Assembly (NCBI RefSeq): GCF_039654945.1
Contig: NW_027361728.1
Location: forward strand, 10,974,001-11,038,000
DNA length: 64,000 nucleotides
DNA from: Dendrobates tinctorius
Lineage: Eukaryota
Reading direction: 5' to 3'
Positions 48,446 to 64,000 of this stretch are shown here, piece after piece. Under the pieces are notes generated by a model, which saw only the letters and a program-made list of their open reading frames with translations, was not told where the DNA came from and did not search any database. Position 1 is the stretch's first letter; each line of letters starts with the position of its first letter. A program made the translations under genes and the position numbers.

Positions 48446-50817
48446 AGTATTACCTATTGATAACATGATCATGTACTCCCCTCCGGTGATGTTTTTATTT
48501 TTAATGTGACTGATTTTTAATCTTGTTTTTTACTGTATACCAGTAAACAGATGTATTTTATGATAGTAGTAGAATACCCATGGCTTTGCACGCAGAAAAT
48601 ATGTTAAATTGTTGGTTATGGTAGCTAAAGTAAAATTTTCAGTGTCACCCTGAAATTGACATTTTCAAAGTACTTGAGTAATTTTTTTCCCCACTTTAAA
48701 TTTTTATTTCAGCATTTTACTAATTTGTCGTAACATTGATGTGAGCAACTTTTTTTTTTAAATTTCAGCATTTTTATTGATTTTACATATTCAATACATA
48801 TTATGTAGTATATAAACTATTACAACTATTTTTTGAACTATTTATAATGAAAAATGAAAATTTATGCACCTTACACAAACATATAAAACATTTACACCCA
48901 ATTAACAACATAGTGCAACCCTTCCCCCCTCCCTCCAGTGTAATCTGTAAGTAGTTCACGGACAAAAGAGTAGCATTGGTTTACAGTTAAACAACTATCT
49001 ATTGTGGTGCTTTTCGGTAAACAATGTTTCTGGTTTTACCTTCAGGTGCCTATATGAAAAGATTTTTGGGGTTACCCACTCTAGAGCAAGCAACGTACAA
49101 CTGTCCATGTGAGAAACACTGGCTCTCCAAATTAATGTCGGCTACTTTAAGTGATTGACCTTGTGCTTTGTTTATAGTCATAGCAAATGCAAGTTGGATT
49201 GGGAACTGCAGACGCTTAAAAATGAAGGGCGTGTCGCTTGGTAGCAAAGGAATACATGGAATGAAAACATTTGCTCCCTTAGAGTTTCCCATAAGAATAG
49301 TGGCTTCAATAACATTGGGCATGAGACTCTTAATGCACAATCTTGTGCCGTTACACGTTTTTGGTGTGTCAAGGTCAGGACCGTATTTAGAGATTGTCCT
49401 GCCCTAGGCACTTTTCGTGCTGCCTCCCCCCCATTGGCGAGTATGACTAATGCAGACACTGTCGGCAGTAACTTAGGCTACTTTCACATCAGCGATTTTT
49501 GCCATTTGCGGCAGATACGGCAGTTTTTCCGCATCTGCCGCGTAACGAATCACTTACGGCAACACTGCGTTCAGCCTCATTCATTCGCGATTCGGCAAAT
49601 GCAGTACTTGCAGCAACGGAAAAAAAATGCTGCTAGCAGTTTTTTTTTGTCTCATCGCAAGTGCAAAACTGCAAGTGCCGGCGCCATTGGTGTATCTAGG
49701 CCTTCTGGCACCTGGGGCAAGAACTCAGTTCGCCCCCCCCCCTCCGCACACATGCAATTTGCACACTTTGTCATGTACCAACGAGCTTCTCTCCCTAATG
49801 CTGTCAATGTCCAGTGAAAAACTGAAAGAAGCAGGAAGAGAAGCTCGTTGTCACAGGACCATAAGTATGAAAGTCACATATGAGTGAAGTGTCCATGTGA
49901 TGACTACTGGAACCTGCAGAGCTGAATCCTGACATTGCAGGCTTCTGAATTCTCACAACGAATGCACTGCACACTTTTAGGATTCTCCCGTACCGGTGGC
50001 AAGAGTACACAGTCATGTCCGCACAAGTATGTGATTTGTATACTTCTGGCCACATTCTGACTAGACGTGCCCGGCCTTGCTCCGTTCATTTTCATTGAGT
50101 GAGGCCACACATGTCTAGTCAGCATGTGACCGCATGTATGTAAATCACCGGCACGAGAGAATCCTAACAGCGTTCAGTGAGCACTGTGAGAATTCAGAAG
50201 TCTGCAGTCACATAGAATGACTGCAGACTCAGCACAAACCTGGAGAACCCCTTTAATGTTCCTAACCTAAATAAAAACAAGAGAATAAGTCAGTTTCACA
50301 AATAATATTTACATCCATCCAGGTACCTTATAGATGACGCCGTCTCTTTAGTCGTCTTCCTTCCTTTCTTCTTCTTGTCCAGACCCCATGATGAGTTTTC
50401 TCAACTCGTCTCTGAAGACTTCCATCTTCTCCGGTCTTCTGCACCAACTCTCCACATGATGCTCTTAAAGATAGAAGTGTCATTATAATGCACCTAAATA
50501 AAAATATCTGCAATATACTGTCACCTCACACTATTCCCCTCCCTCCTGATACTGTCTCCTCTAACATCCCACCTGTTCACCATACTGTCTCCTCATATAT
50601 TTACCCCCTCATTCTCTAAACTCTCTGCTCACACATACCCCTGACTCCCTATACTGTGTCTGCACACATGCCATCACCCTCACTCCCCCTACTGTGTCCA
50701 CATACATTTTTCTATCGCTACTCATAGTGTGTCCACATACATTTACCCGTTCGCTCCCCATCGCGCACACGTCCGCAAGTAGCCATCACTACCTGTCCCT
50801 GCACCTTGCTAGCTCAT

Positions 50818-51200
50818 CCCTATGTTCAAACAGGGCGTTTTTGCTGCAGTAAAACCTGATTTCTTGGCAGGAAAGAAGCTGCAGCAAAAACGCAGGTTTA
50901 GGTACGTTTTTGGTGCGATTTTCATCGCTTTTTTCATATATGCTGCAAAAAAAAAGTCAACCAGCGTATTTGAAGCATTTTTCACCTCCATTCAAGTCAA
51001 TGGGTGAAAAATGCTGGAAAGACGAGGAAAGAAGTGACATGCTCTATGTCAAAAAACACAGAGCAAAGCATAAAATCCTGATGACAAAAAAACTATGTGT
51101 GTATGAGATTTCTGAACTCTCTTAGGTTTTGCTGGTAATGGAAAAAGCAGCTGAAAAACAGCATAAAAAACACAGCAAAAACGCCCTGTGTGGACCTACC
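50818..51200. mobile_element. Harbinger-like MITE
   Basis: ACAGGGCGTTTTTGCTG ... CAGCAAAAACGCCCTGT inverted termini, with TTA at the right. Confidence 0.6.
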
Positions 51201-51524
51201 CTTAAGCTTTACAAAAACAATTTATTAACTTAAATATTCCTATAATAATGAGGGCTCCAGGTACAAGGACACTGATCAATCCTCGCCCCTCACGTGATAC
51301 TAGTGTTCCTGGCCGCACAGGCTGCTGAGGTGCAGGCCATACAGATGGCGCCCCCCGCTGGGAGTTCCTGCAGGCACAGTGCTCATCATTAGGGAATCTC
51401 TGCAGGTTAATTATTAGGTAAAAATGAAAAACACAAACGCCAGCACCGGACCCCGTAGCCGAGCGCATTCTGGCCCCTATGTTATGTCACAGGCCGATGA
51501 ATCTCAGTGTATCACGAATGGGCA

Positions 51525-52925
51525 ATGCGTGCTGGGGGTGGCGGGGAGGGGGAAACGCATCCTGGGGGTGACGGGGAGAAGGGGGATGCACGCTGGGGGT
51601 GGCAGGGAGGAGGGGGACGCACGCTGGGGGTGGCGGGGAGGAGCAGGACGCACGCTGGCGGTGGCGGGGAGGAGGGAGACGCACGCTGGGGGTGGTGGGG
51701 AGGAGCGGGACTCATGCTGGGAGTGGCGGGGAGGAACGGGATGCACGCGGGGGTGGCGAGGAGGGGGGAGACGCACGCTGGGGGTGGCGGGGAGGGGGGA
51801 GACGCACGCTGGGGGTTACGGGGAGGAGGGACACGCACGCTGGGGGTGACGGGGAGGAGGGACACGCACGCTGGGGGTGACGGGGAGGAGGGACACGCAC
51901 GCTGGGGGTGACGGGGAGGAGGGACACGCACGCTGGGGGTGACGGGGAGGAGGGACACGCACGCTGGGGGTGACGGGGAGGAGGGACACGCACGCTGGGG
52001 GTGACGGGGAAGAGGGACACGCACGCTGGGGGTGACGGGGAGGAGGGACACGCACGCTGGGGGTGACGGGGAGAAATGGGATGCACTCTCGGGGTGGCAG
52101 GGAGGTGGGGACGCACGCTGGGGGTGGCGGGGAGGAGCAGGACACACGCTGGGGGTGGCAGGGAGGAGGGAGACGCATGCTGGGGTGACGGGGAGAAGGG
52201 GGACGCAAGCTGGGGGTGGCAGGGAGGAGGGGGACGCACCCTGGGGATGGCGGGGAGGAGCGGACGCATGCTGGGGGTGGCGGGGAGGAGCGGGACGCAT
52301 GCTGTGGGTGGCGGGGAGGGGGGAGACGCACGCTGAGGGTGGCGGGGAGGAGCAGGACGCACACTGGGGTTGGCGGGGAGAAACGAGATGCACGCTGGGG
52401 GTGGTGGGGAGGAGGGGGACGCACGCTGGGGGTGGCGGGGAGGAGGGAGACGCACGCTGGGGTGATGGGGAGAAACGGGATGCACGCTGGGGGTGGCAGG
52501 GAGGAGGGGGACGGATGTTGGGGGTGGCGGGGAGGAGCGGGACGCATGCTGTGGGTGGCAGGGAGGAGGGAGACGCACACTGGGGGTGGCGGGGAGGAGT
52601 GGGACGCACACTGGGATTGGCGGGGAGAAACGGGATGCATGCTGGGGGTGGTGGGGAGGGGGGAGACGCACTCTGGGGGTGGCGGGGAGGGGGTAGACAC
52701 ACTGGGGGTGGTGGGGAGGAGAGAGACGCAAGCTGGGGGTGGCGGGGAGGAGCAGAATGAATGCTGGGGGTGGCTGGGAGGAACGGGATGCACGCTGGGG
52801 GTGACGGGGAGGGGGAAGAAGCACGCTGGGGGTGGCGGGGAGGAGGGAGACGCATGCTGGGGGTGATGGGGAGGAGCGGGACGCACGCTGGGGATGGCGG
52901 GGGACGCACGCTGGGGTGGTGGGAC
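51525..52925 (+). repeat. 31-bp G-rich minisatellite (GCACGCTGGGGGTGACGGGGAGGAGGGACAC)n, ~45 copies
   Basis: Period 31, with a near-identical block at ~51820-52070. Confidence 0.95.
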
Positions 52926-55224
52926 AGGGGTCATTCCTCAGAGATCAGGGGGTTTACACTTCCCTACATGATCATGTACAGCCTCTAGGCAGCCACCACC
53001 ATATACAGCACGGACAGTGGCACTGGGTGACATCAGTGCCTGCCACTCACCTAGGCTATGTCCCCACACAGCAGTGACAAGTGATCAGAAGCCCCTGCAC
53101 CATGCATCACACGGGACTCATCACCCCGGTATACAGACACGACACAGCCCGGCAGATGCGGCCACTGCAACCCTCCTCCCCTGCCTGGCCTGCAGGCGGC
53201 AGCACACCACGTTCATCGTCATCCAGGCCTCATCACCTGACACTCCCAGCCCTCCTGAGCCCGGGCTGTCACTGCCCTAAACACGTGCGCACCTCAATAC
53301 AGCAGAAGAATCGGAGGAGCCGGACCATAGATGGGTGAGGGATCCGAGACCCCTGCAGCAGCTGGAAAAATGCGGTGGGACGGCAGGCCGGAAGAATGAA
53401 GTGGATGGGTGGCCCGGAAGAATGACGTGGGTGGGCAGGCAGGCCCGGAAGAATGAGGTGGGCAGCCTGGAAGAATAAGGTGGGTGGGCGGGCAGGCCCA
53501 AAAGAATAAGGTGGGTGGGCGGGCAGGTCCGGGAGAATGAGGTGGATGGGCGGGCAGGGGGCGGACTTAATTAAAAAGAAAAAACCTTGCAAACTTGCTC
53601 AGGTGCCACCCCACGCAATCCTGAATCCTGGTGACCTAGACACGTGCCCATGGGTGCCTAATGGTAAATACGGCCCTCGTCAAGGTCCCGAAGCAAAATT
53701 ATTGTGACTCCTATTTTTAAAGTGAGCTTATGTGGTGGTATTCCAGGAGGCTCCAAAGAATTCAGGAACTCCTATGGATACATTACGGCTTGTTCACTCT
53801 CCATGACTGAATCAATGGACATGTCTGTGGTCGCTAGACCAAGCAGTCTTCCCTGAATTATTAGATTTATGGAGCTGACACTATCATTTTTAGGCGCTAG
53901 GATTGCACTTTCACAAAGCCACTGATGGTTGTTAAAATTGTTACAAATATCAGGGAAAACTTGGTCAATAAGTTCCATTACCGAATACATCATTTTTCAA
54001 AAATCTTCCGGAAAGGAAATGTGACCAGTAGTGGAATCAGTAGGGAACCTATCATTCCCAAGGCAAAGTAGCTGGTGTGTAAATTTGTCCGCAGTTGTAA
54101 TTCCCATCAAATGAACCCACATATTAGTAGTAAGAGTTTGCTTCTGAACATGTATCCACAGTAGAGATGAGCGACTTTGCCTTTTTTACGTTCGAGTCGC
54201 GTTTCATGAAACCAGACTTTCTCAAAAGTCGAGTCAAGCGAAATCGGCCGACTATCGGGAAAAGTCGGGGTCCGACTGAAACACGAAACCCAATGCAAGT
54301 CAATGGGGAAGCAAAGTCGTCAGGGAGTGGAGGACAGTAAACACACCTACAGTGCCCATTTCAATGCCAACGACATCAATTCTTATTACTTAAGCTTGTC
54401 AACCTTACTTTACTTTATAATAATAGTTACGCATTGAAAACCGGGGGTTATTTGGCTAAAGTTGTGGGGGGGGGTAGGGCTGGCTCCAGGTTTTCTTGTG
54501 CCCCGGGCGAAAGAGTGTCAGTGGGCCCCTTTAACACATACCACAATTCATGATGCTTTGATACGGCAGAGAAATATTGGTATAGTGCAATGACAAATAC
54601 TTCACTTCCTACATTACATGACTGATATCTATTTTAAATTCTACAATAGCTCAAAAACCGGACAGTATATTCATCCATACAGTATTATGGCCACCACATA
54701 GTGCACCATACAGAATAATGAGCCCCATATATTGCTCCATACAGAATAATTGGTCCCATATAATGTTCCATACAGTATATGATGAGCTCCACATAATGCT
54801 ACAGTATATAATGGTCCCCATATAATGTGCCATACAGTATAGCACGGTCCCCATAGAGTAGAATGAGCTCCACATATTGCTCCATACAGTATAATGAGTC
54901 GCATATAAAGCTCCATACAGTATATGATGGGCCCCATATATTGCTCCATACAGAATGGGCTCCATATAATGCTCCATACAGAATAGGCCCCATATGTGCT
55001 CCATATAATGCCCCATACCCTATATGATGCCCCATAAATAATGAACCCCATATGATGCTCCAGTATATGATGGGCCCCATGGATGATGCTCCATTGTATG
55101 ATGGACCTATATAAAGCTCCATATATAATGGGCCCCATATGATGCTCTAGTATATGATGGGCCCATATGATGCTCCAGTATATGATTGGCCCCATGGATG
55201 ATGCTCCATTGTATGATGGACCTA

Positions 55225-56747
<1,523 letters not shown>

Positions 56748-56838
56748 TATATAATGCTCCATATATAATGGGCCCCATATGATGCTGCAGTATATGATGG
56801 GCCCCATGGATGATGCTCTACTGTATGATGGGTCTATA

Positions 56839-58395
56839 CACTTTGTGCAAAATTGTAAGGCAAATTAGTATTTTGATCACATCATCCTTTTCATACATGT
56901 TGTCCTACTCCAAGCTGTATAGGCTTGAAAGCCAACTGCCAGTTATGTAAATCAGGTGATTTGCATCTCTGTAATGAGGAGGGGTGTGGTCTAATGACAT
57001 CAACACCCTATATAAGGTGTGCTTAATTATTAGGCAACTTCCTTTCCTTTGGCAAAATGGGTCAGAAGAGAGATTTGACAGACTGTGAAAAGTCAAAAAT
57101 TGTGAGATGTCTTGCAGAGGGATGCAGCAGTCTTGAAATTGCCAAACTTTTGAAGCGTGATCACTGAACAATCAAGCGTTTCATGGCAAATAGCCAACAG
57201 GGTTGCAAGAAGCGTGTTGATAAAAAAAGGCTCAAAATAACTGCCCATGAATTGAGGAAAATCAAGCGTGAAGCTGCCAAGATGCCATTTGACACCAGTT
57301 TTGCCATATTTCAGAGCTGCAATGTTACTGGAGTATCAAAAAGCACAAGGTGTGCCATACTCAGGGACATGGCCAAGGTAAGGAAGGCTGGAAAACGACC
57401 ACCTTTGAACAATAAACATAAGATAAAACATCAAGACTTGGGCCAAGAAATATGTTAAGACAGATGTTTGTAAGGTTTTATGGAGTGATGAAATGAGAGT
57501 GACTCTTGATGGGCCAGATGGATGGGCCTGAAGCTGGAACAGTAAAGGCCAGAGAGCTCCACTCTGACTCAGATGCCAGCAAGGTGGAGGTGGGGTACTG
57601 GTATGGGCTGGTATCATCAAAGATGAACTTGTGAGACCTTTTCGGGTTGAGGATGGAGTGAAGTTCAACTCCCAGACCTACTGTCAGTTTCTGGAAGACA
57701 CCTTCTTCAACCAGTGGTACAGGAAGAAGTTGGTATCGTTCAAGAAAAACATGATTTTCATGCAGGACAATGCTCCATCACATGCATCCAAATACTCCAC
57801 AGCATGGCTGCCCAGTAAAGGTCTAAAAGAAAAAATAATGGCCCCCTTGATCACCTGATCTGAACTCCACAGAGAACCTGTGGTCCCTTATAAAATGTGA
57901 GATCTACAGGGAGTCAAAACATTACACCTCTGGGAACAGTGTCAGGGAGGCTGTGGTGGCTGCTGCATGCAATGTTGATCGTAAACAGATCAAGCAACTG
58001 ACAGAATGCATGGATGGAAGGCTTTTGAGTGTCATCGTAAAGAAAGGTGGCCATGTTGGTCCGTTTTTTTTTCTTTTGGTTTTGAATGTCAGAAATGTTT
58101 ATTTTTACATTTTGGGTTGTTATATTGTTTACCTGGTGAAAATAAACAAGTGAGATGGGTATATATTTGGTTTTTATTAAGTTGCCTAATAATTCTGCAC
58201 AGTAATAGTTACCTGCACAAACAGATATCCTCCTAACATAGCCAAATCTAAAAAAAAAAACCCACTCCAACTTCCAAAAATATTAAGCTTTGATATTTAT
58301 GAGTCTTTTCGGTTGATTGAGAACATAGTTGTTGTTCAATAATAAAAAGAATCCTCTCAATTACAACTTGCCTAATAATAATTATGCAAACAGTG
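56839..58395 (+). mobile_element. Tc1/mariner element of a third family (possibly DD37E/TRT-like), decayed
   Basis: TA TSDs, termini CACTTTGTGCAAAATT and AATTATGCAAACAGTG, ATG at 57057, WSDEMRVTLDGPDGW and MQDNAPSH. D-E spacing is obscured by a deletion. Confidence 0.85.
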
Positions 58396-59312
58396 TATAA
58401 TGCTCCATATATAATGGACCCCATTAATAATGCTCCAGTGTATAATGGGCCCCGTATATGATGCTCCAGTGTCTGATCTGCCCCATTTATAATGCTCCAG
58501 TGTATGATGGGCCCCATTTAAAATGCGCAGGTGTATGATGGGCCCCATGGATGATGCTCCAGTGTATGATGGGCCCCATTTATAATGCTCCAGTGTATGA
58601 TGGGCCCATATAATGCTCCATATATAATGGGCCCCATATGATGCTCCAGTGTATAATGGGCGCCTATCTATGATGCTCAAGTGTATGATGATCCCCATAT
58701 ATAATTCTCCAGTGTATAATGCTCCCCATATATTGCTCCGAACATTAAAAAAAATTAAATACCTCTCCTCGCTGGGCACTGCTCTACTCTAGACGCCTCA
58801 GCGTCTCCATCTTCCAGCTCTCCGCACTTGGACTGTTCAGGCAGAGGGCGTACAGACGTGACATCATCGCGCTCTCTGATATGAATGTCACTGTCAGGAA
58901 ACACAGAAGAGGTCACAGCGGTGGAGCAGGGAGAGGTAAGTATTGCAAGTGCTGGTGCCCTGAGCAAGCAGGGGGGGCCCACTCGTCGGTGACAGCAGTG
59001 GCACAGGGCCCCTCATAGTACAATGGTGTCTGTGATGGCGAGTGGGCCCCCCCACCGTCAGACTTTTGAGTACTGTGAGGGGCCCTGTGCCAGTGCCGTC
59101 GCCCACAAGTGAGCCCCCCCACCTGCTCAGGGCCCCGACACTTGCCCGGGTGCACCAGGTGCGGACGCCTGCCCTGGGGGGGACAACCCAGTTAGGAAGG
59201 TGGAAAAAACTGACATATGTTGAGGTGTAGGCTGGACGTTCAGCAGCTGCAAATGGAGGAATTGCAGAAGTCGGAGGAAGAGGAGGACAAAGCGAGCCAT
59301 TTTGCTGGCAAC

Positions 59313-62300
59313 CTATGTGTCATCAGGGGAAGGTGGTACAAAATCCTTTGAAACCCAAGCATGGTTCATTTTAATGAACGTGAGATCACCAACATTTTGG
59401 GTCGACAGCCGGGTCCTTCTTTCTGTCAGGATTGATCCAGCAGCACTGAAGACTCTTTCTGATAGCACACTACCAGCAGGGCAAGCGAGCTCCTGTAAGG
59501 CATATTGTGCCAATTCAGGCCAGGTGTCCAGTTTAGAAGCCAGTAGTCAAAGGGGAATGAACTGTGAGGGAGAACATCGATAGGGGAGGAGAGGTAATTT
59601 TGAACCATAGTTGACAACTGATGTCTCCTATCTGTTGCAATCGATTCAGTTTTAACAGTCATGTGAGCGGTCCTCGAGAAATCAGTCCACAACATGGTCA
59701 TGAAATCCCTGTCTCCAACGCCAGTTCGGCTGTGTGCACCACGAACATCTCTTCCATTTGGCCCAGTATGGATCGTGGTAGAACCTGCACCGCTGCTGTG
59801 TGCTGGGAATGCCTCTAACAAACGGTTTACCAGAGTAGCTTGTTTGTTCGCCAATATTAGCTCTAGGTTCTCCTGTGGCATGATGTTCTGTAATTTGCCT
59901 TTATAGCGTGGATCGAGGATGCTGGCCAACCAGTAGTCGTCATCCTTCAAAATTTTGACAATGCGGGGGTCCCTTTTTAGGATCCGCAAGAGATAATCAC
60001 ACGTGTGGGGAAAATGTTCCAGGTGTCAATAATGCACTGACAGTGGTGGGTGGAGGAGCACTTTCTGCCAAATCCATATCTCTCCAGTCACGCACAAACC
60101 ATGTACTTGACCTTGGCAAGCCAACATTTTCTCTTGCCCCCTGTGAAGCATCCTCCTCCCCAAAATAATCATCCCCCTCATCCTCCTCCTCTTCCTATTC
60201 TTCCTCCACCTCATCCAGGACAGTTCCCTGAGTAGACAATGGCTGACTGTCATCAAGGCTTCCCTCCTCCTCCTCTTCCTCCTCCGCTGCAGGCTCCTGA
60301 TCCTTAATCTGCATCAAAGTTTGCATGAGCAGACGCATAAGTGGGATGCTCATGCTTATGATGGCATCATCTGCGCTTACCAGCCATGTGCATTCCTCAA
60401 AACACTGAAGGACTATACAGGGGTCTTTCAGCTTTGACCACTGCACACCCAACAACTCAATGTCTGCCCTCAAACTGCCTGCCCGTGTATCCTCCCACAA
60501 ATGCATTACAGCCTGCCTCTGTTCGCACAGCCTCTCAACCATGTGCATGGTGGAGTTCAACCTTGTTGCAACGTCTATAATTAGGCGGTGCATGGGGAGG
60601 TGGAGCGATCGCTGCAGCCTCTGCATACAACTGGAGTCTACGGGCGAGCGACGGATGTGTGAGCACAGTCTTCGCACCTTATGGAGCAGGGCTGTTAACT
60701 CCGGGTAATTATTTAGAAAGCACTGCACCACCAGGTTTAAGGTGTGAGCCAGGCAAGGTATGTGTCTGAGTTTTGCAAGGGCTATGGCCGCCACAAAATT
60801 ACGGCCATTATCACTGACTACCTTGCCTGGCTCAAGATGTAGACTGCCCAGTCATGATTCAGTTTCTCGCTGCAAGTAGTCGGCCAGTACCTCCCCGGTC
60901 TGTCTTTTGCCCAAAGACATCATCTTTAAGACAGCCTGCTGATGCTTACCACTAGCTGTTCGATAGTGGGACACCTCGTGTGCAACACTGGCAGCTGCGG
61001 ATGGAGTACTCGTGCAACTTTCGCTTCTGGAGGAGGAGGGTCGAACGCCTACAGCCAACTGTTTCCTATACTGTGGGCTAGGCAGCACTGTCCCACCGTC
61101 GCTGTCCCCTGTGGACCTTGCATCCACCACATTAACCCAGTGCGCAGTGATGGACACGTATCGGCCCTGGCCATGCCTACTGGCCCATGCATCTGTTGTG
61201 AGGTGCACCTTTCCACTCACTAATTGTTTGAGTGCATGGACAATGCGGTCTTTCACATACAGGTGGAGTGCAGGGATAGCTTTTCTAGAAAAGAAGTGCC
61301 AACTTGGTAGGTCATAGGGTGGGACAGCATAGGCCATGAGCTCTCGGAACGCTTCGCTTTCAACCAAACGGAAGTGCATCATCTCTAATGAGATCAGTTT
61401 GGCAATGTAGGCATTCAAAGCCAATGTACGTGGATGAGAGGATGAGTACTTTCTTGTCCTATTCAGAGTGTCTGGTAGGGTGAGCTGGACTTGAGAGCTG
61501 CATATGGGGGAACTAGTGGTGGACCTGACGGACTGACAGGGGGTTGGTGATGGTGATGGTGGTGATGGCCTAGATTCAGTCTTTCATTGCAAAACCATTG
61601 TGATTCCCTGACTGCTTTGGCCTTGTGACGACACCTCAACATTTACCGGTGGGCTTACAGTGGGAGAAGTGATGGAGCGTTGCTGGCTACCTTCAGTCGG
61701 AGCAGGTGCACATGTGCTACCTGAGGTTTTGTAGTCCATCCACTCTTGCAAGTGCATGGTGGCTAAATGTCTAAGCATGCAACTGGTATTCAAATTTCAG
61801 AGATTTTTCCCTCGGCTAAAGGTCCTTCCGCACTTCTTACAGATAACCTTTGCCTCATCAATAGGATTTTGGTCAAAAAAGTGCCACACTGCAATCTTCC
61901 TACTATGGTATAAATTTTCAGGACTTGCACGCTGTGCTAATTTGACCATCTGGCCAAGCTGTCCTGCAACTCATTTTGTTTTTTTACCATGTTTTTGGAC
62001 AGCTACGGGCCTGCCAGATAACCGCTGCTGCGATGACGATGCCTGCTGCGGATTCTTCTCCTCTTCTGAGCTATTGCCAGCGGGACCCTCTTCCCGCAAT
62101 GGATGCCAATCTGAGTCAACAACTGGGTAATCCATCACCTTCTCTTCAATTTCTTCTGCACCTTCCTCTGTGTCACCGTGTAAGGTGGTATAGTATGTGG
62201 GAAGGGGCACCTGAGTTTCATCAGGGTCAGATTCTGTCTCAGTAGACTGCGAGGGCAATGTAGTGCTCTGCGTCACTGTACCAGCAGAATCATCTAGCAG

Positions 62301-62788
62301 TGGCTGTGCATCAGTGCACTCCATATCAGATTAATTTTAGACTGGGGAATTCAGGATTTGACTTGATAACCCAGGCATAGTATGTGAAAAGAGCTCCATG
62401 GAGTAATCTGAAGTGTGGCCTGCCGCATCCTTCACTTTTGGTGGGGGTGAAGGACACAAGGAAAGGTGTTGTTCTTGACCAGAAGCCTGCACTGACTACT
62501 CAGTGCTTGCAGTTTTTGAAACTTCAGAAGAGGAGGCGATAGAGCTGGAGGCTGTTTCGGCAATGTAAGCCAAAACCTGTTCCTGATGCTCCGGCTTTAA
62601 AAGCGGTTTACCTACTCCCAGAAAAAGGAACCTTACAGGCCTTCTTGAGCGAGACAATGGCGCAGACTCAACATTTCCTGCCTGAGATGCTATTGTGCCT
62701 TTGGCATAACCAGCAGATGCACCATCACCACCATCAGTACCAGCTGCCCCCCTCGCCCACGTCAGCAGCCTCTTCCACCATACTTCAT
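59313..62788 (-). pseudogene. hAT transposase (copy 2), stops and frameshifts
   Basis: ORF fragments carry VHLTTDAWAS, CLAHTLNL, TRLNS, ILDPRYK and SERVFSAAG. Confidence 0.93.
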
Positions 62789-62888
62789 GTGTGGGAAAAT
62801 GTACCAAAAATACCAGCAAATATATGGTACTATATGAGGAGCATACAGCTGTATAAGGTGTAGTGAAAAATTTAAATCTCCGTATATA

Positions 62889-64000
<1,112 letters not shown>

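Larger units (their letters stand above)
49376..53678. mobile_element. Non-autonomous hAT-type element, 4.3 kb, with nested MITEs and minisatellites
   Basis: TIR CAGGACCGTATTTA / TAAATACGGCCCTC. Perfect 8-bp TSD GTCAAGGT at 49368-49375 and 53679-53686. Confidence 0.92.
48566..54105 (-). mobile_element. Autonomous-type Helitron 3' fragment (PIF1 helicase), split by an hAT insertion
   Basis: 53687-54105 gives ILAPKND and [17 protein letters not shown]. 49000-49375 gives CNGTRL, FAMTINKAQGQSL and FSHGQLYVACSRV. Degenerate terminal hairpin near 48566-48595. Confidence 0.85.

Noticed and set aside
49050-49340. Host PIF1 helicase exon
   Set aside because: No intron structure, continuous with 53687-54105 across a TE insertion, and followed by a Helitron-like end.
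51487-52988. Long Pro-rich/Gly-rich ORFs (up to 465 aa) in several frames
   Set aside because: Artefact of a stop-free 31-bp repeat cycling through frames.

Overview
Eukaryotic, almost entirely transposon-derived DNA. The repeat families (Kolobok/T2 and Harbinger MITEs, CR1, L2, Tc1, BEL, ZBED-type hAT) suggest a vertebrate, most likely a frog; this is inference only. I found no confidently identifiable host gene, RNA gene or CRISPR array. The window is a stack of nested insertions. It holds two copies of a large hAT element with a decayed ~3.5-kb BED-finger transposase (9851-18302 with TSD; 54162->62888), both carrying the same nested satellite-bearing element. There are four near-identical DD34E Tc1 copies, one with an ORF still open at the window edge, plus older Tc1-like families. 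A BEL/Pao element with both LTRs and a TSD (25471-33637) has a sushi-like Gypsy inside its 3' LTR. Also present are a tRNA-Ser-primed Gypsy remnant, solo LTRs, CR1 and L2 LINEs, Helitrons (including a PIF1 helicase split by an hAT with a perfect 8-bp TSD), Penelope-like inverted-repeat insertions and several 31-35 bp minisatellites. The best second-look signals are a Tf1-type self-priming PBS, a minimal hammerhead ribozyme relic, a CTCF-type motif in the loop of a perfect 29-bp hairpin, a palindromic promoter-like cassette in a Helitron, and the composite hAT. I cannot support a wholly new biological system from the sequence alone.
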